Source of the DNA: Octopus vulgaris
Lineage: Eukaryota
Direction: 5' to 3'
Length of the DNA: 64,000 nucleotides
NCBI GenBank assembly: GCA_951406725.2
Contig: OX597814.1
Coordinates: 7,068,001 to 7,132,000 of the forward strand
Part shown: positions 52,210 through 64,000 of the stretch, piece after piece
How the letters are laid out: each line of letters starts with the position of its first letter
Position numbering within the stretch: the first letter of the stretch is position 1
Made by a program: the position numbers and the translations under genes
Notes under the pieces: generated by a model
What the model was told of the DNA's origin: nothing
Databases searched by the model: none
What the model saw: the letters and a program-made list of their open reading frames with translations, nothing else

Positions 52210-52596
52210 TACAGGGTAAATGTTTTTTAAATTTTCTCCTGGTTTACTGAATTAACTTTTATTTGCGGTTGAAGCTTTGGCTGTTATTTCTAGTGGGTGA
52301 ATGGCCTATTATGGCCGTTCCTTTATTGTTGATGTTGAACTTAAAAATGGTCTATGACTATTTTAATTTTTTCCTACTAGGCCGCTGGTGGCAAAAGAAT
52401 TCTACAAAATTTTTTTTTGCCACCCTATATTGATTAATTATGAATTTTCTGGTTAATTCCGTAATGGAATCGACGGCTTATATTTATTTGCTGCCGATAA
52501 ATTTGGCGCGAGTGCGACGATTTGAAAATTTTAGGTCAGATATAAACTTGGCAACGTCGGAAATGCCTCGTGAAAATATCTGTTCCGTCTTGGGCT

Positions 52597-52703
52597 ATTT
52601 CTTACTGAAGAATCTGAGGGCCTGTGGAAGATTGGCTTGATTTAATTTAATCAGGTTAGTTTACCATTAATCAGCAGATGAAACGGTATATCGTATAAGA
52701 AAT
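52597..52703 (+). ncRNA. Type I hammerhead ribozyme (array copy)
   Basis: Same as 51118-51224. Confidence 0.85.
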
Positions 52704-53089
52704 TACAGGGTAAATGTTTTTTAAATTTTCTCCTGGTTTACTGAATTAACTTTTATTTGCGGTTGAAGCTTTGGCTGTTATTTCTAGTGGGTGAATGGCC
52801 TATTATGGCCGTTCCTTTATTGTTGATGTTGAACTTAAAAATGGTCTATGACTATTTTAATTTTTTCCTACTAGGCCGCTGGTGGCAAAAGAATTCTACA
52901 AAATTTTTTTTGCCACCCTATATTGATTAATTATGAATTTTCTGGTTAATTCCGTAATGGAATCGACGGCTTATATTTATTTGCTGCCGATAAATTTGGC
53001 GCGAGTGCGACGATTTGAAAATTTTAGGTCAGATATAAACTTGGCAACGTCGGAAATGCCTCGTGAAAATATCTGTTCCGTCTTGGGCT

Positions 53090-53196
53090 ATTTCTTACTG
53101 AAGAATCTGAGGGCCTGTGGAAGATTGGCTTGATTTAATTTAATCAGGTTAGTTTACCATTAATCAGCAGATGAAACGGTATATCGTATAAGAAAT
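53090..53196 (+). ncRNA. Type I hammerhead ribozyme (array copy)
   Basis: Same as 51118-51224. Confidence 0.85.
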
Positions 53197-53418
53197 TACA
53201 GGGTAAATGTTTTTTAAATTTTCTCCTGGTTTACTGAATTAACTTTTATTTGCGGTTGAAGCTTTGGCTGTTATTTCTAGTGGGTGAATGGCCTATTATG
53301 GCCGTTCCTTTATTGTTGATGTTGAACTTAAAAATGGTCTATGACTATTTTAATTTTTTCCTACTAGGCCGCTGGTGGCAAAAGAATTCTACAAAATTTT
53401 TTTTGCCACCCTATATTG

Positions 53419-53486
<68 letters not shown>

Positions 53487-53763
53487 CACATCTACTCATA
53501 TACATGTATACATATGCATCTTTATGTATAGAAATAAATGTATACATATACAGCTATACACACCTACACAGCTATACACATACACACACACACACATACA
53601 TATGTGCAGGTGTGGCTGTCTGGTGACAAACTTCGTTCCAAAACACATGGTTCTGGGTTTAAATTTAAATTTAAAATAATAAGGGTGAGAAATTGAATAT
53701 TAATTTGATTAATATGAATTGAAAACCAGTGGTGTAGTATACAAGACCATAGCGGATCTTCTT

Positions 53764-54094
53764 CTAGCAAAATGGATGTCCACTGTTAATGGTTCATCCC
53801 TCTTATATAATAGTTTGACTTTAATAGTTTCAGTATTAAAGTGAAAGTATCTGACATTACAATAGAGAGATGTTTTTGCTTCACTTTTAACACGTAATAC
53901 TGAAATAGTGGAGAAGATATATTGTTGTAGGCTCGTCCTAGGCAAGAAGTTAGAAGTTTTTTTTGCCCATGGCTCTACATGGACCCTAAGTAAGGCATGT
54001 GTAAAATTTGAATGAAATTGGTTGTGTAGTTCTCAAGTTTTAGGGAAACACACAGACAGACACACACACATTCTCAGTTTTATATATATAAAGA
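53764..54094 (-). mobile_element. Helitron-like short element
   Basis: Clear 5' end on minus, A|TCTTTATATATATAAAACTGAGAATGTGTG; the 3' CTAG at 53764 is tentative. Confidence 0.55.
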
Positions 54095-54297
54095 TTCCTA
54101 ATTTCATATTTGCTCGTTATATTTGTAACTTTTCTCTACAGCACTTTGTTGGTTCAATTTATTGTAGTATTGTAAGGATAATTACACAACATTTAGTACT
54201 TTTTCATATATTGAAAGGTACTTGTGAAGTATAATATTAGTTAGAACAAAAAGAAACAATAAAACTCTGCACTGTAAATGCCTTGATAACTGTTTTC

Positions 54298-55012
54298 TTA
54301 AGATGAGAAGTGCTTTGACGATCGAGATTTTCTGGAGTGTATACCTTCATCTCTTCTGACTAGAGACCATATATAATCTCCCATCATAGCAGTATCCCAT
54401 TGTCCTTGGTATCTTCTTTCCATAGTTGTGATGTCGTGATGAAATCTTTCTCCATGCTCCTCACTGACATCACCCAAGTTTTCGGGGGTAAATCTAGGTG
54501 AGAGTGCAAAAGATGAACCTTTAAGGACATATGACAACCCATTTTCTTGAAGCTTTCAATAAGCTTTGCTACCAGCTGTTTGTAATTAGGATCCCTGTGA
54601 TTTCCTAGGAATCCACGAACTACATCACGAAATGCACATCAAGCTTCTTTTTCAACTTTTGTCATCGCTCTTTCCAGTTTCTTCGACTTTAACATTGCAT
54701 TTACTTGGGGCCCAACAAATATGTCATCCTTGATCTTAGCCTCAGAGAGCTTTGGAAAAATAAGGTAAATTTCTTGAAAAGCTTCTCCTCTAAAATCTAA
54801 GGCCTTCACAAACTGTTTTACTAATCTGAGTTTGATATGAAGTGTGTGGGGGGTAATAAGATTTTGTTGGAATCTACTAGGGGCTGTTTGAGAACATTTA
54901 ACATTCCTGGCTGCAGTTCCACTCGTGGGGGCCAATGTACTCTCTTATAATGATGATCATCAGCTCTGCTGTCCCATAAGCAAAGTAGAGGGCACATGAA
55001 GGCAATGTATCC
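54298..55012 (-). mobile_element. Chapaev3-type transposase C-terminal half, frameshifted
   Basis: LCLWDSRADDHHY..WPPR..KILLPP / HIKLRLVKQFVKAL..EAKIKDDIFVGPQV / PENLGDVSEEHGERFHHDITTMERRYQGQW..MMGDYIW, spread over three ORF pieces. Confidence 0.8.
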
Positions 55013-55552
55013 TCTAAGAGAGTTACATGTAGAAGAGAGGCTCATGACTATGGATGACTCAATGAGAGACGTTGAAGCAGAGAAAGAGAAAGAAAAGGCG
55101 AGAGAGTTGCATGCGAAAGAGAGGCTCATGACTATGGAGGACATGGCGAGAGACGGCGAAGCAGAGATAGAGAAGGAAAAAGAAAGAAAAGAAGAAAAAG
55201 AGGAAGAGAAAAAGGAAGTAGCAATGAATAGAAAAAGAACACGGGTGGAATCGACACCGAAAAACCCAAAACAGAAGAAAGGAAAAAAAGAAAATTGTTG
55301 ATGAGAAAGAAACAGCAGAGAATCGAACTCAGGAAGTGAAGCAAACAACAAGTAGATCAAGTGAAGCAAGAAGGGAGGAGAAGCTTAATGTGTGGGAGGA
55401 AAGGGCGGAAAAACGTATGGAAGTTATCGCAAAAGAAGGAAGACGTAAGGAAGGGAACTTGAGAAAATTGATGTATTAGGAAAAAGGAACGGAAATCGGA
55501 AAAAGACTGGCTATAATGAAGAGGTCAGTAAGAGTGAAGTTGAATCCTGAAA

Positions 55553-56066
55553 TCTTTATATATAAAACTGTAGTTGTGTGAGTGTCTGTCCCCTTCGATT
55601 TAGATTCCTAACTACTCCCACATTTTGCGGTGCAGTTTAACCAAATTCGGGTATCTTATAGTCGTGATTCATATCGAGCCCGTCTGGGTATTAGCGCACG
55701 TCTACGATGAGTCTACGATTTTAAAAATAATTTAACATCATTTTTTATTCCATTTTAATGCATAATCTTTCGTGTGTCGATGGCGGCGGAGTTGGCGTCC
55801 ATGGTCACACCTGCACCTGTGTTGCTTCTCCCTCTTCTTCCCTCCCTCGTGAAGCTGTGGGGAAGGGAGTGTAAGGAAATCAACGTCGTAAAGCGTTGTC
55901 AAGGAGACCAGCGTTCTTTTAGAACAACGACTTCATGGCTTGAAGACACCAAAACAGAAATGGCTAAGAAAGCCCGAATTGGCATCTATAAGGGAAGTAA
56001 CTCTCTAAAAATGCTTATATAGTTATTTCCCTTACAAACCCAAGCAACGCCGGGCGATACTGCTAG
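55553..56066 (+). mobile_element. Non-autonomous Helitron
   Basis: A|TCTTTATATATAAAAC ... CCCAAGCAACGCCGGGCGATACTGCTAG|T; no TSD. Confidence 0.9.
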
Positions 56067-56142
56067 TGTATGATGAAGAACTGAGAGCAGTGTTGCTAGA
56101 CTAAGAAAGAATAGACAGATTGGTAGAGTTATTCCCGGGCAC

Positions 56143-56591
56143 TGTTGTGGGAGCCGGACTCTTTGTGCGTTACGACAGTTTACCCAGCGTGGTGGAGCTG
56201 GAGGAACTGACGGAGCACATAACTGATGAATGCCCTTGCATACATGAACAGTAAAATGAAACTGCGAGCTTTTGGGGGGTTCGTAAGCCATTCCATTCTA
56301 TTCATCGTAAATATTCCATTTCATAATTATTTTTCGTTATATGTACCCCATGTTTTGTGGTGTCTGTCCTTGTTGTGTCCGCTCTCTATTCAGGCTATAT
56401 GCCTATAATAAAGATTTGAGTTCGGAGTCGAGTGAAGTTCGTGTTAGTTTACAGTGAAGTCGGAAGGTGTCGGTTGGTTAGTTCACAAGCAATATTGACT
56501 GTTGGTTCGTAAAGAGATTTGTTAGTTTGTTACATTGTTGTTACTGTTGTCTGGTGATCTTATTTAGTGTAGGTAACAAATTACGTTACAA
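56143..56591 (+). mobile_element. Possible solo-LTR-like element
   Basis: TGTTGTGG...TACGTTACAA with internal TATA and AATAAA; related to 11813-12115. Confidence 0.4.
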
Positions 56592-57668
56592 CGTCTGGTG
56601 TAGACTATACCTTCTTTCTCTGCATTCTAGCGTTTTACACGCATATAAATGCGCGCACACACACACACACCCAGATAAGCTCACACAAACATAACTGGTC
56701 ATAGATACAGACGATACTGATGGTGATGATTATCATTATCATAATCCAAAAGATTCCCTTCTGCGTTGGAGAAACTGTCTAGCAACAGGATTACAAGAAC
56801 ATTTGACAGGAATTAACGAGCAACCAAAAACTTATTCCTATCCAACTTTCTTTCATTTCTGTCAATCTAGATTTTTCTGTTTTACTTTCATGATTTATCA
56901 ATAAAAATATGAATTATTGCTGTAAGGAACCAACAGCTTTTAGCGATTTTCCAGTCCGTGTTCACTTTAATTGACAAACTCCGAAACATGAACCATCAAC
57001 AAATGGACGAACGTTGCCAATCACTGCCAACATTTACAATTTTCACTGAATTTTGTCAGCAAGAATTTGTTATTGTTGTCGTTGATGTTGTGAGTAGAAG
57101 ATTCACTGATATACAACGTTAATTAAGCAGAGACTGGTGAGCACGGTAAGAGTTGGGGAAAAAAAAGTAATCAAATGAAAGTCAATAAAATTAATTAGAT
57201 TCAATGTTACCAAATAGAAAAAAAAATTCAAATCTATCAAATTGCAGAAGAAACCAACTCCTTTTAGTTGATGTAATAACATTTCTTTTTAATATTCGAA
57301 CCAAGAATGTAAAGATAGAATTGTGGCTTTAGGAAACTTGAAACATGTATTAGAAGCAATTTTGAATACTGACGGAATCTGCTACACACTTAACACACAG
57401 GAGTAAAATGTCAATCGAACCCTTAAATTCATAAGAGTAAGACTGTTCCATTGATCTACATTGCCATATAATTGTTTGATTCCCAATTTTGAGTGGTTTT
57501 CAGTTGAATTTTTATGGAGACTGCGGTAGTTCAGGTTGTCCTTTCTAGTTAATTTTCAAAGAAGATGTTTCCAATCAACAAACCTAATGTTCAAGACCTT
57601 GAGATTATCTTATGTAACGTCATACAATCTTTTATTTATTTGCTCTGGGGGCGCTGATCAAGAACTAA

Positions 57669-58181
57669 TCTATATATATAAAACTCTAGTTGTGTGAGTG
57701 TCTGTCCCCTTCGATTTAGATTCCTAACTACTCCCACATTTTGCGGTGCAGTTTAACCAAATTCGGGTATCTTATAGTCGTGATTCATATCGAGCCCGTC
57801 TGAGTATTAGCGCGCGTCTACGATGAGTCTTACGATTTTAAAAATAATTTAACATCATTTTTTATTCCATTTTAATGCATAATCTTTCGTGTGTCGATGG
57901 CGGCGGAGTTGGCGTCCACGCTCAAACACCTGCACCTGTTTGCTTCTCTCCCTTCCCTCCCTCGTGGAGCTGTGGGGAAGGGAGTGTAAGGAAATCAACA
58001 TCGTAATGCGTTGTCAAGGAGACCAGCGTTCTTTTAGAACAACGACTTCATGGCTTGAAGACACCAAAACAGAAATGGCTAAGAAAGCCTGAATTGGCAT
58101 CTATAAGGGAAGTAACTCTCTAAAAATGCTTATATAGTTATTTCCCTTACAAACCCGAGCAACGCCGGGCGATACTGCTAG
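57669..58181 (+). mobile_element. Non-autonomous Helitron, close copy of 55553-56066
   Basis: Same termini, and the body aligns end to end. Confidence 0.9.
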
Positions 58182-58765
58182 TTTACCATAAAATAAAGTC
58201 TTTAGAGGTCTATGACCATCAAGATGGATGACACCAACAACCTGTATCACAGGGTATTTGATGAGGCGAGCTTCCATATAAAACGCAGATCTCCTATTTT
58301 TACATTTCTGTATCAAGTGTAAAAAGTTTATTACTGATGTTCAATAAACAACTCAGACACTTCCGGTGAAATCGCGAATATTTTAAAGTGTCTTTGTTCT
58401 GGTGTCCATGTCTCAGATAATTTGTTGACGAAAGCATCATAAATGCGAAGCTTGGTGGAAATTATCAAGTCTCTCTCTGGCCAGATCAGTTTCCCGAGTG
58501 TCTTCTATGCAACAGAACCTTCTCAATCCTTATACTGACCTCTATGGATCCATTCCTGTCTACAGGGATGGTACTAAAGAGATCTGAGCTACACAAAAAA
58601 ATCTATGATATCAAATCTGTTCCTTTAATCAATTGTATTTGGTTCCAGATGCACCACATCTCGAACAGGTATAAATTTCACCATTTGTTTTTTTTTTGTT
58701 TTTTCAGACTAAAAGTTGCTCAGACACAAGAGGGGATGTTCATTACTGTCTGAAAATCTTGTTCC

Positions 58766-58767
<2 letters not shown>

Positions 58768-58797
<30 letters not shown>

Positions 58798-58891
58798 TGT
58801 ATGTATGTATGTATGTATGTATGTATGTGTGTGTGTATGTATGTGTGTGTATGTATGTATGTGTGTGTGTATGTATGTATGTATGTATGTA

Positions 58892-58968
<77 letters not shown>

Positions 58969-59026
58969 GTGTATGTATTCATTCATCTATCTACGTGTGT
59001 ATGTGTGTGTGTGTGTGTGTGTGTGT
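58768..59026. repeat. (TATG)n/(TG)n microsatellite
   Basis: Read directly. Confidence 0.95.
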
Positions 59027-59363
59027 TCGAAGAACAACAGGAGATATAGAAATCAATGCATATCATCATCATCACCATCATTTAACGTCTATTTTCCAGT
59101 GTAGCCTTTGGTATGGTTTCTTTGACCGGATGCCCTTCCGAAAGTCAAATGCTCTTTCGTTCAGCGACAAAGATGCGCGTGAATCAAAATTAAATATATG
59201 CGGGTATGCTCGTGCGTATATATATACATGTGCGTTTGATGGGGTGCACAGAATTGATATTTCCTAAGAAATGGAATTATTCATTTTGAATAACATTGAA
59301 TTCAAGTGAAAAGCATGATAGCATTTGTTTGAACGACCCCAATAATGCTCTCAGTCTCCACCG

Positions 59364-59409
<46 letters not shown>

Positions 59410-59639
59410 GCCAGCAATGATAGCAACAGTGCACCCATTAAGGTCTTCTCTGTCAAGGTTATTTGAACAATCTAGTTATTTCATAGTCGCAGCAAACGTA
59501 CGCACACATACTCACACGCACATACACAAGCACACACGCACGAACACATACACACACACACACACATTCTACGTATGTAGGTATGTATATATGCATGTAC
59601 GTACGTATGTATGTATGTATTACTGGTAATTCTGCTATC

Positions 59640-59822
59640 AGCTGTTATCAATGGGAAATACCTACGAGAGGCGACTCTGGACAGGCCTTATGAAAGCATA
59701 TTATGGTAATTTCCACGAACTCGGCGGTCTAATGACACAAATCAGTCAATGTTGTTGACTGTATTTTAGTTAAACCTTTAGCTTTGATAAGGTCTGTACA
59801 GAGTTGCCCATTGATAACGGCT
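59640..59822. mobile_element. Possible MITE
   Basis: Inverted ends AGCTGTTATCAATGGG / CCCATTGATAACGGCT; no TSD evident. Confidence 0.45.
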
Positions 59823-60230
59823 AAAGAGGTAGAAACATCGATGTCTGGGAATTCTGAGAGGCGGCGACACTAGACACATATGGTGTTTTTACGCCTTTTT
59901 GCCATTAGACAGAATCTTTCTCCATGGTAACTGCAGTGAATTTGTCTTTAAGCAGTTGAAATATATCATAAACATATTCGTTTTTGTGCCTGGTTGGCAA
60001 GATACTTTATGTAAACTCGTGTGTTGGAGCAAATTATGTTGTGTCTGGAGAGAGTATGTATGTATGTATTCTGCATATTATGTGTGTCTGTGTGTTCGCG
60101 CGCTTGTCTTTCTGTATTACCTATGTACCTGTTTATCTACTATATATATACACACACACACACGCATACATACATACATACATGCATGCATGCATACATA
60201 CATACATACATACATACTTATGTGCATACA

Positions 60231-60630
60231 TAATAATAATAATGAGTATACAGTGCTCAGGTGCACCACAACTTGTCAAAAGTGCGCATAAAGCATCTGC
60301 AGTAATGTACAAATGTCTGGGAAGTTATCAGTGTATGAGTCAGATACATGCTTGCGTGTGTATGGAGGGGAGAGAATCAGGTGTAGTGTTGGCGAATCTC
60401 AGGAAGCATGGAGGTTTTGAAGGATGCAGTGCTCCGACAACTAACAACTGATGCCGGCAGTTTGTTCCATGCTTCATTAACTCTTAGCGTGAAAAAATGT
60501 TTCCGAAAGTCATGGGAGCTGTGCTGTTTTCTGACTTTGTAAACATGTCCACAGGTGTTAGACAGGTGGAGTTTGAAAAGGTACCCAGAGTTATTGTTGG
60601 TAAGATGGTTAATAATTTCATGTGTGTCTG
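60231..60630 (-). mobile_element. CR1-clade LINE 3' fragment
   Basis: Matches 11105-11490; HFFTLRVNEAWNKLP motif. Confidence 0.85.
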
Positions 60631-60993
60631 CACACTGACGCACACACATGCGCACAGATATAAAAAGAACGCAGCTCCAATAACGGACAGTCAACATCCA
60701 TTAAGAAGTTTTTGCAAAAGCAACGAAAATTTTGGAAGAAAAAATATAAATGATAAATGAGTGGAAATCGAACCGGTGAGTGTGTTCGATAATAAGGCAT
60801 TAAGACAATATCACCCTCCCTGTACACAACAGTGCATGAAAAGACGCTAGCATATTCGCACAATAGTTGAACTCCGCATTAATGTGAGGAAAGTCCAAAT
60901 TTTCTTAAAAACCAACTTCCTAACAAGAGTAAAAACAATTCTACAGAACTAGGATTGGCTACAACCACTACGCAGCTGGAGCGTGTAATAAAG

Positions 60994-61206
60994 TGATAAA
61001 AGATGGTAAAACATGTATATATGGCATCGAATTAATTTTATCATTTACAAAGGATTTGATATAAACATTACCATAAATATAATTAACAAAGCAAAAACAT
61101 ATTTCTATAAAGTCCTTTATTTTTTTGCTTCACCATACATGGCTTTGTTGATATAATGCCTTTTGTAAATGATATAATGTCATATATACGTGTTTTATTC
61201 TTTATC
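60994..61206. mobile_element. Degenerate palindromic (fold-back or MITE-like) element
   Basis: TAAAACATGTATATATGGCAT pairs with ATGTCATATATACGTGTTTTA, and TATCATTTACAAA pairs with TTTGTAAATGATA. Confidence 0.5.
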
Positions 61207-61302
61207 TTGCTTTATGTACATGTATGTATGCATACATGTTTGTATGCATGTATGTATGTTTGTATGTATGTATGTATGTAGGTAGGTAGGTAGGTAGGTA
61301 GG

Positions 61303-61303
<1 letters not shown>

Positions 61304-61392
<89 letters not shown>

Positions 61393-61411
61393 GATAGATA
61401 GATAGATAGAT

Positions 61412-61470
<59 letters not shown>

Positions 61471-61509
61471 CAGACAGATATAGATAGATAGATAGATAGA
61501 TAGATAGAC

Positions 61510-61596
<87 letters not shown>

Positions 61597-61605
61597 CAGA
61601 CAGAT

Positions 61606-61658
<53 letters not shown>

Positions 61659-61717
61659 CAGATATAGATAAACAGATATAGATAGATAGATAGATAGATA
61701 GATAGACAGATATAGAT

Positions 61718-61750
<33 letters not shown>

Positions 61751-61761
61751 CAGATATAGAT

Positions 61762-61822
<61 letters not shown>

Positions 61823-61833
61823 CAGATATAGAT

Positions 61834-61890
<57 letters not shown>

Positions 61891-61920
61891 CAGATAGATA
61901 GATATAGATATATAGATAGA
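61304..61920. repeat. (TATC)n followed by (GATA)n microsatellite
   Basis: Read directly; the strand switches at about 61390. Confidence 0.95.
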
Positions 61921-62303
61921 CATGGAGGGAATGAAAGAGAGAGAGAGGAAAAGAGAGATAGATGCATATATGTATATACGTACATACATCCATCCATTAA
62001 TGTTTGTTTTTCTGCAGTTATACGTAAAAACAGCTAAAAGTCAAAGTGAAAGATCATCCAATACATTTTATTAGACTGACACATTTACTTATTTCAAGAA
62101 GAAATATTTTCAGCTGGTGATAGATTGGTTAATCGGGGGGGGGGGTGACAGACCGTATTCTTCTGTAAACAACAATTCTGTAAATTCTTTAAATTTTATA
62201 GAAATAATTCCAAGTAAAATATTATACAGACATACGTATACAGAATGAATTTATAGGTGCAATGTTCCATACACCTGTGTGTGTACGCGTGTATGCTTCG
62301 GGC

Positions 62304-62693
62304 GTGGAGGCGCAATGGCCCAGTGGTTAGGGCAGCGGACTTGCGGTCATAGGATCGCAGTTTCGATTCCCAGACCGGGTGTTGTGAATGTTTATTGAGC
62401 GAAAACACCTAAAAGCTCCACGAGGCTCCGGCAGGGGATGGTGGTGATCCCTGCTGTGCTCTTTCACCACAACTTTCTCTCACTCTTACTTCCTGTTTCT
62501 GTTGTACCTGTATTTCAAAGGGCCGGCCTTGTCACTTTCTGTGTCACGCTGAATATCCCCGAGAACTACGTTAAGGGTACACGTGTCTGTGGAGTGCTCA
62601 GCCACTTACACGTTAATTTCACGAGCAGGCTGTTCCGTTGATTCCGATCAACCGGAACCCTCGTCGTCGTGACCGACGGAGTGCTTCCATTCC
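62304..62693 (+). mobile_element. tRNA-derived SINE family C, full length, with TSD
   Basis: A box TGGCCCAGTGG, B box GTTTCGATTCCC; TSD ATGCTTCGGGC at 62293-62303 and 62694-62704. Confidence 0.92.
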
Positions 62694-63049
62694 ATGCTTC
62701 GGGCATGCATGCACCTATGTGTGTGCACGTATGTGCTTCTGACATGCTGCTGTGCGGTCACGTGAGTATGTGTGTATTGTACACGCCTATATGTGTGCGA
62801 ATCGGTATTTGTGGATGTCTGAACCTGTTGATATGAAATCAAAAATCAACCAAGACCGACGACATAACAATTGTAAATGACGAGCGTCTGATGCCTCGAG
62901 GGTGCGTGTGTGTGAACGCACGCATTCGCCTGTCGGTAGATGTCTCTGTGTACACAAGGTGTTAATGGTAAATGTGATTTTTTGAGGGCTTATATATGCG
63001 CGTGTGTGTGTATATATATGTGTGTATATATATATATATATGTGTGTGC

Positions 63050-63099
<50 letters not shown>

Positions 63100-63188
63100 G
63101 TATATATATATATAATATTAGGGAATATTATTCCAAACTAACACGGAAAAATTCAATTTAAAATACTAAATTAAATTTCACAAAATAT

Positions 63189-63266
<78 letters not shown>

Positions 63267-63424
63267 GAAAAATACCACCTTTTATCAATGCAACAATGAA
63301 AAAATTAAATTATACCATATAGAAAAAATTTACATCCTAGAGAAAAAATTAAATATAAGATAAAAACATATACCAATGATTAAGTAATGTGCAAAATAAT
63401 AAATAAAACATATATTTGGTAAAA

Positions 63425-63507
63425 TGACTACACGTGTTTCGTGGCAATATTTAAGAAATGATAACAGTAAGATCAATTCAATTTAAATATAGCCACTCTT
63501 CAGGTCA
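63425..63507 (-). ncRNA. Type I hammerhead ribozyme, Penelope-like minimal helix III
   Basis: Minus strand: TGAC-CTGAAGA-GTGGCTATATTTAA...TTAAATATTGCCAC-GAAA-CACGTG-TA-GTCA. Confidence 0.8.
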
Positions 63508-64000
63508 AAGATTAAAACAATAAAATAATTTTTTTTAAATATACGTATATAATCTTGTAAAATATGAAATATCTTAACAAATATATTCTGGTGTAACTAA
63601 AAAATAGAACAAAGAGGTATAAATATTTATTATATCTATAAAAATAAAATTTTAACTTATATAAGAGAAGAATAGCAAACTATAATATATCATTACTAGA
63701 AAATAAAATACAACTAATTAAATTATTTGAAACATATATATATATAGTACAAAGTAAGATAGGAGTTATGGGTGTAACCCACTATGAGATAGCATTTATT
63801 CAATATACTGTTGGTTAAGTACCCAGATTCTTAATGCATAAGTGTTTTAATTGCAAAGCAATTAACTCATTTATTGTATTAAACGGGTGAAGGTAAAGAA
63901 ATATTTTTACCGTAAATTTATAATACAAATAAGAAAATGGAGAAACAAATTTAGTTTGTTCATCAACTTTTGGATATTATAATGTTGGATTATTTATTCA

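Larger units (their letters stand above)
49071..53422. mobile_element. Fold-back tandem array of 492-494 bp hammerhead-containing units (retrozyme or Penelope pLTR-like) within (TA)n
   Basis: About 2.8 units in one orientation (49071-50471) and 6 in the other (50472-53422); units near-identical; flanked by (TA)n at 49000-49070 and 53421-53478. Confidence 0.85.

Noticed and set aside
49258-53133. Repeated 66-aa ORF MNFLVNSVMEST... as a tandem gene family
   Set aside because: No recognisable domain; it overlaps the hammerhead core and recurs only because the unit is repeated
62305-62380. tRNA gene
   Set aside because: It is the tRNA-derived head of a TSD-flanked SINE that has a second copy at 43232-43616

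Overview
AT-rich, repeat-saturated animal non-coding DNA. The SINE, LINE and microsatellite complement looks like an octopus or other cephalopod genome (inference). I cannot support any intact host protein-coding gene, and almost all ORFs in the track are microsatellite or SINE artefacts. The window holds three tRNA-type SINE families; fragments of RTE, CR1 and R4/Dong-type LINEs; two decayed Chapaev3-type transposases; non-autonomous Helitrons, one with a head-to-tail junction; piggyBac and hAT MITEs; and three young tandem arrays (98 bp, 106/108 bp, about 492 bp). Main finding: each 492-bp unit of the array at 49071-53422 contains a type I hammerhead ribozyme fold. There are nine copies, three on minus and six on plus, and one has a core mutation. 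The array is a fold-back inserted into a (TA)n microsatellite, which suggests a retrozyme or Penelope-mobilised self-cleaving RNA element. A second hammerhead of different sequence but the same architecture lies at 63425-63507, and several decayed relics also sit next to TA runs. All folds were derived by eye and none was tested computationally.
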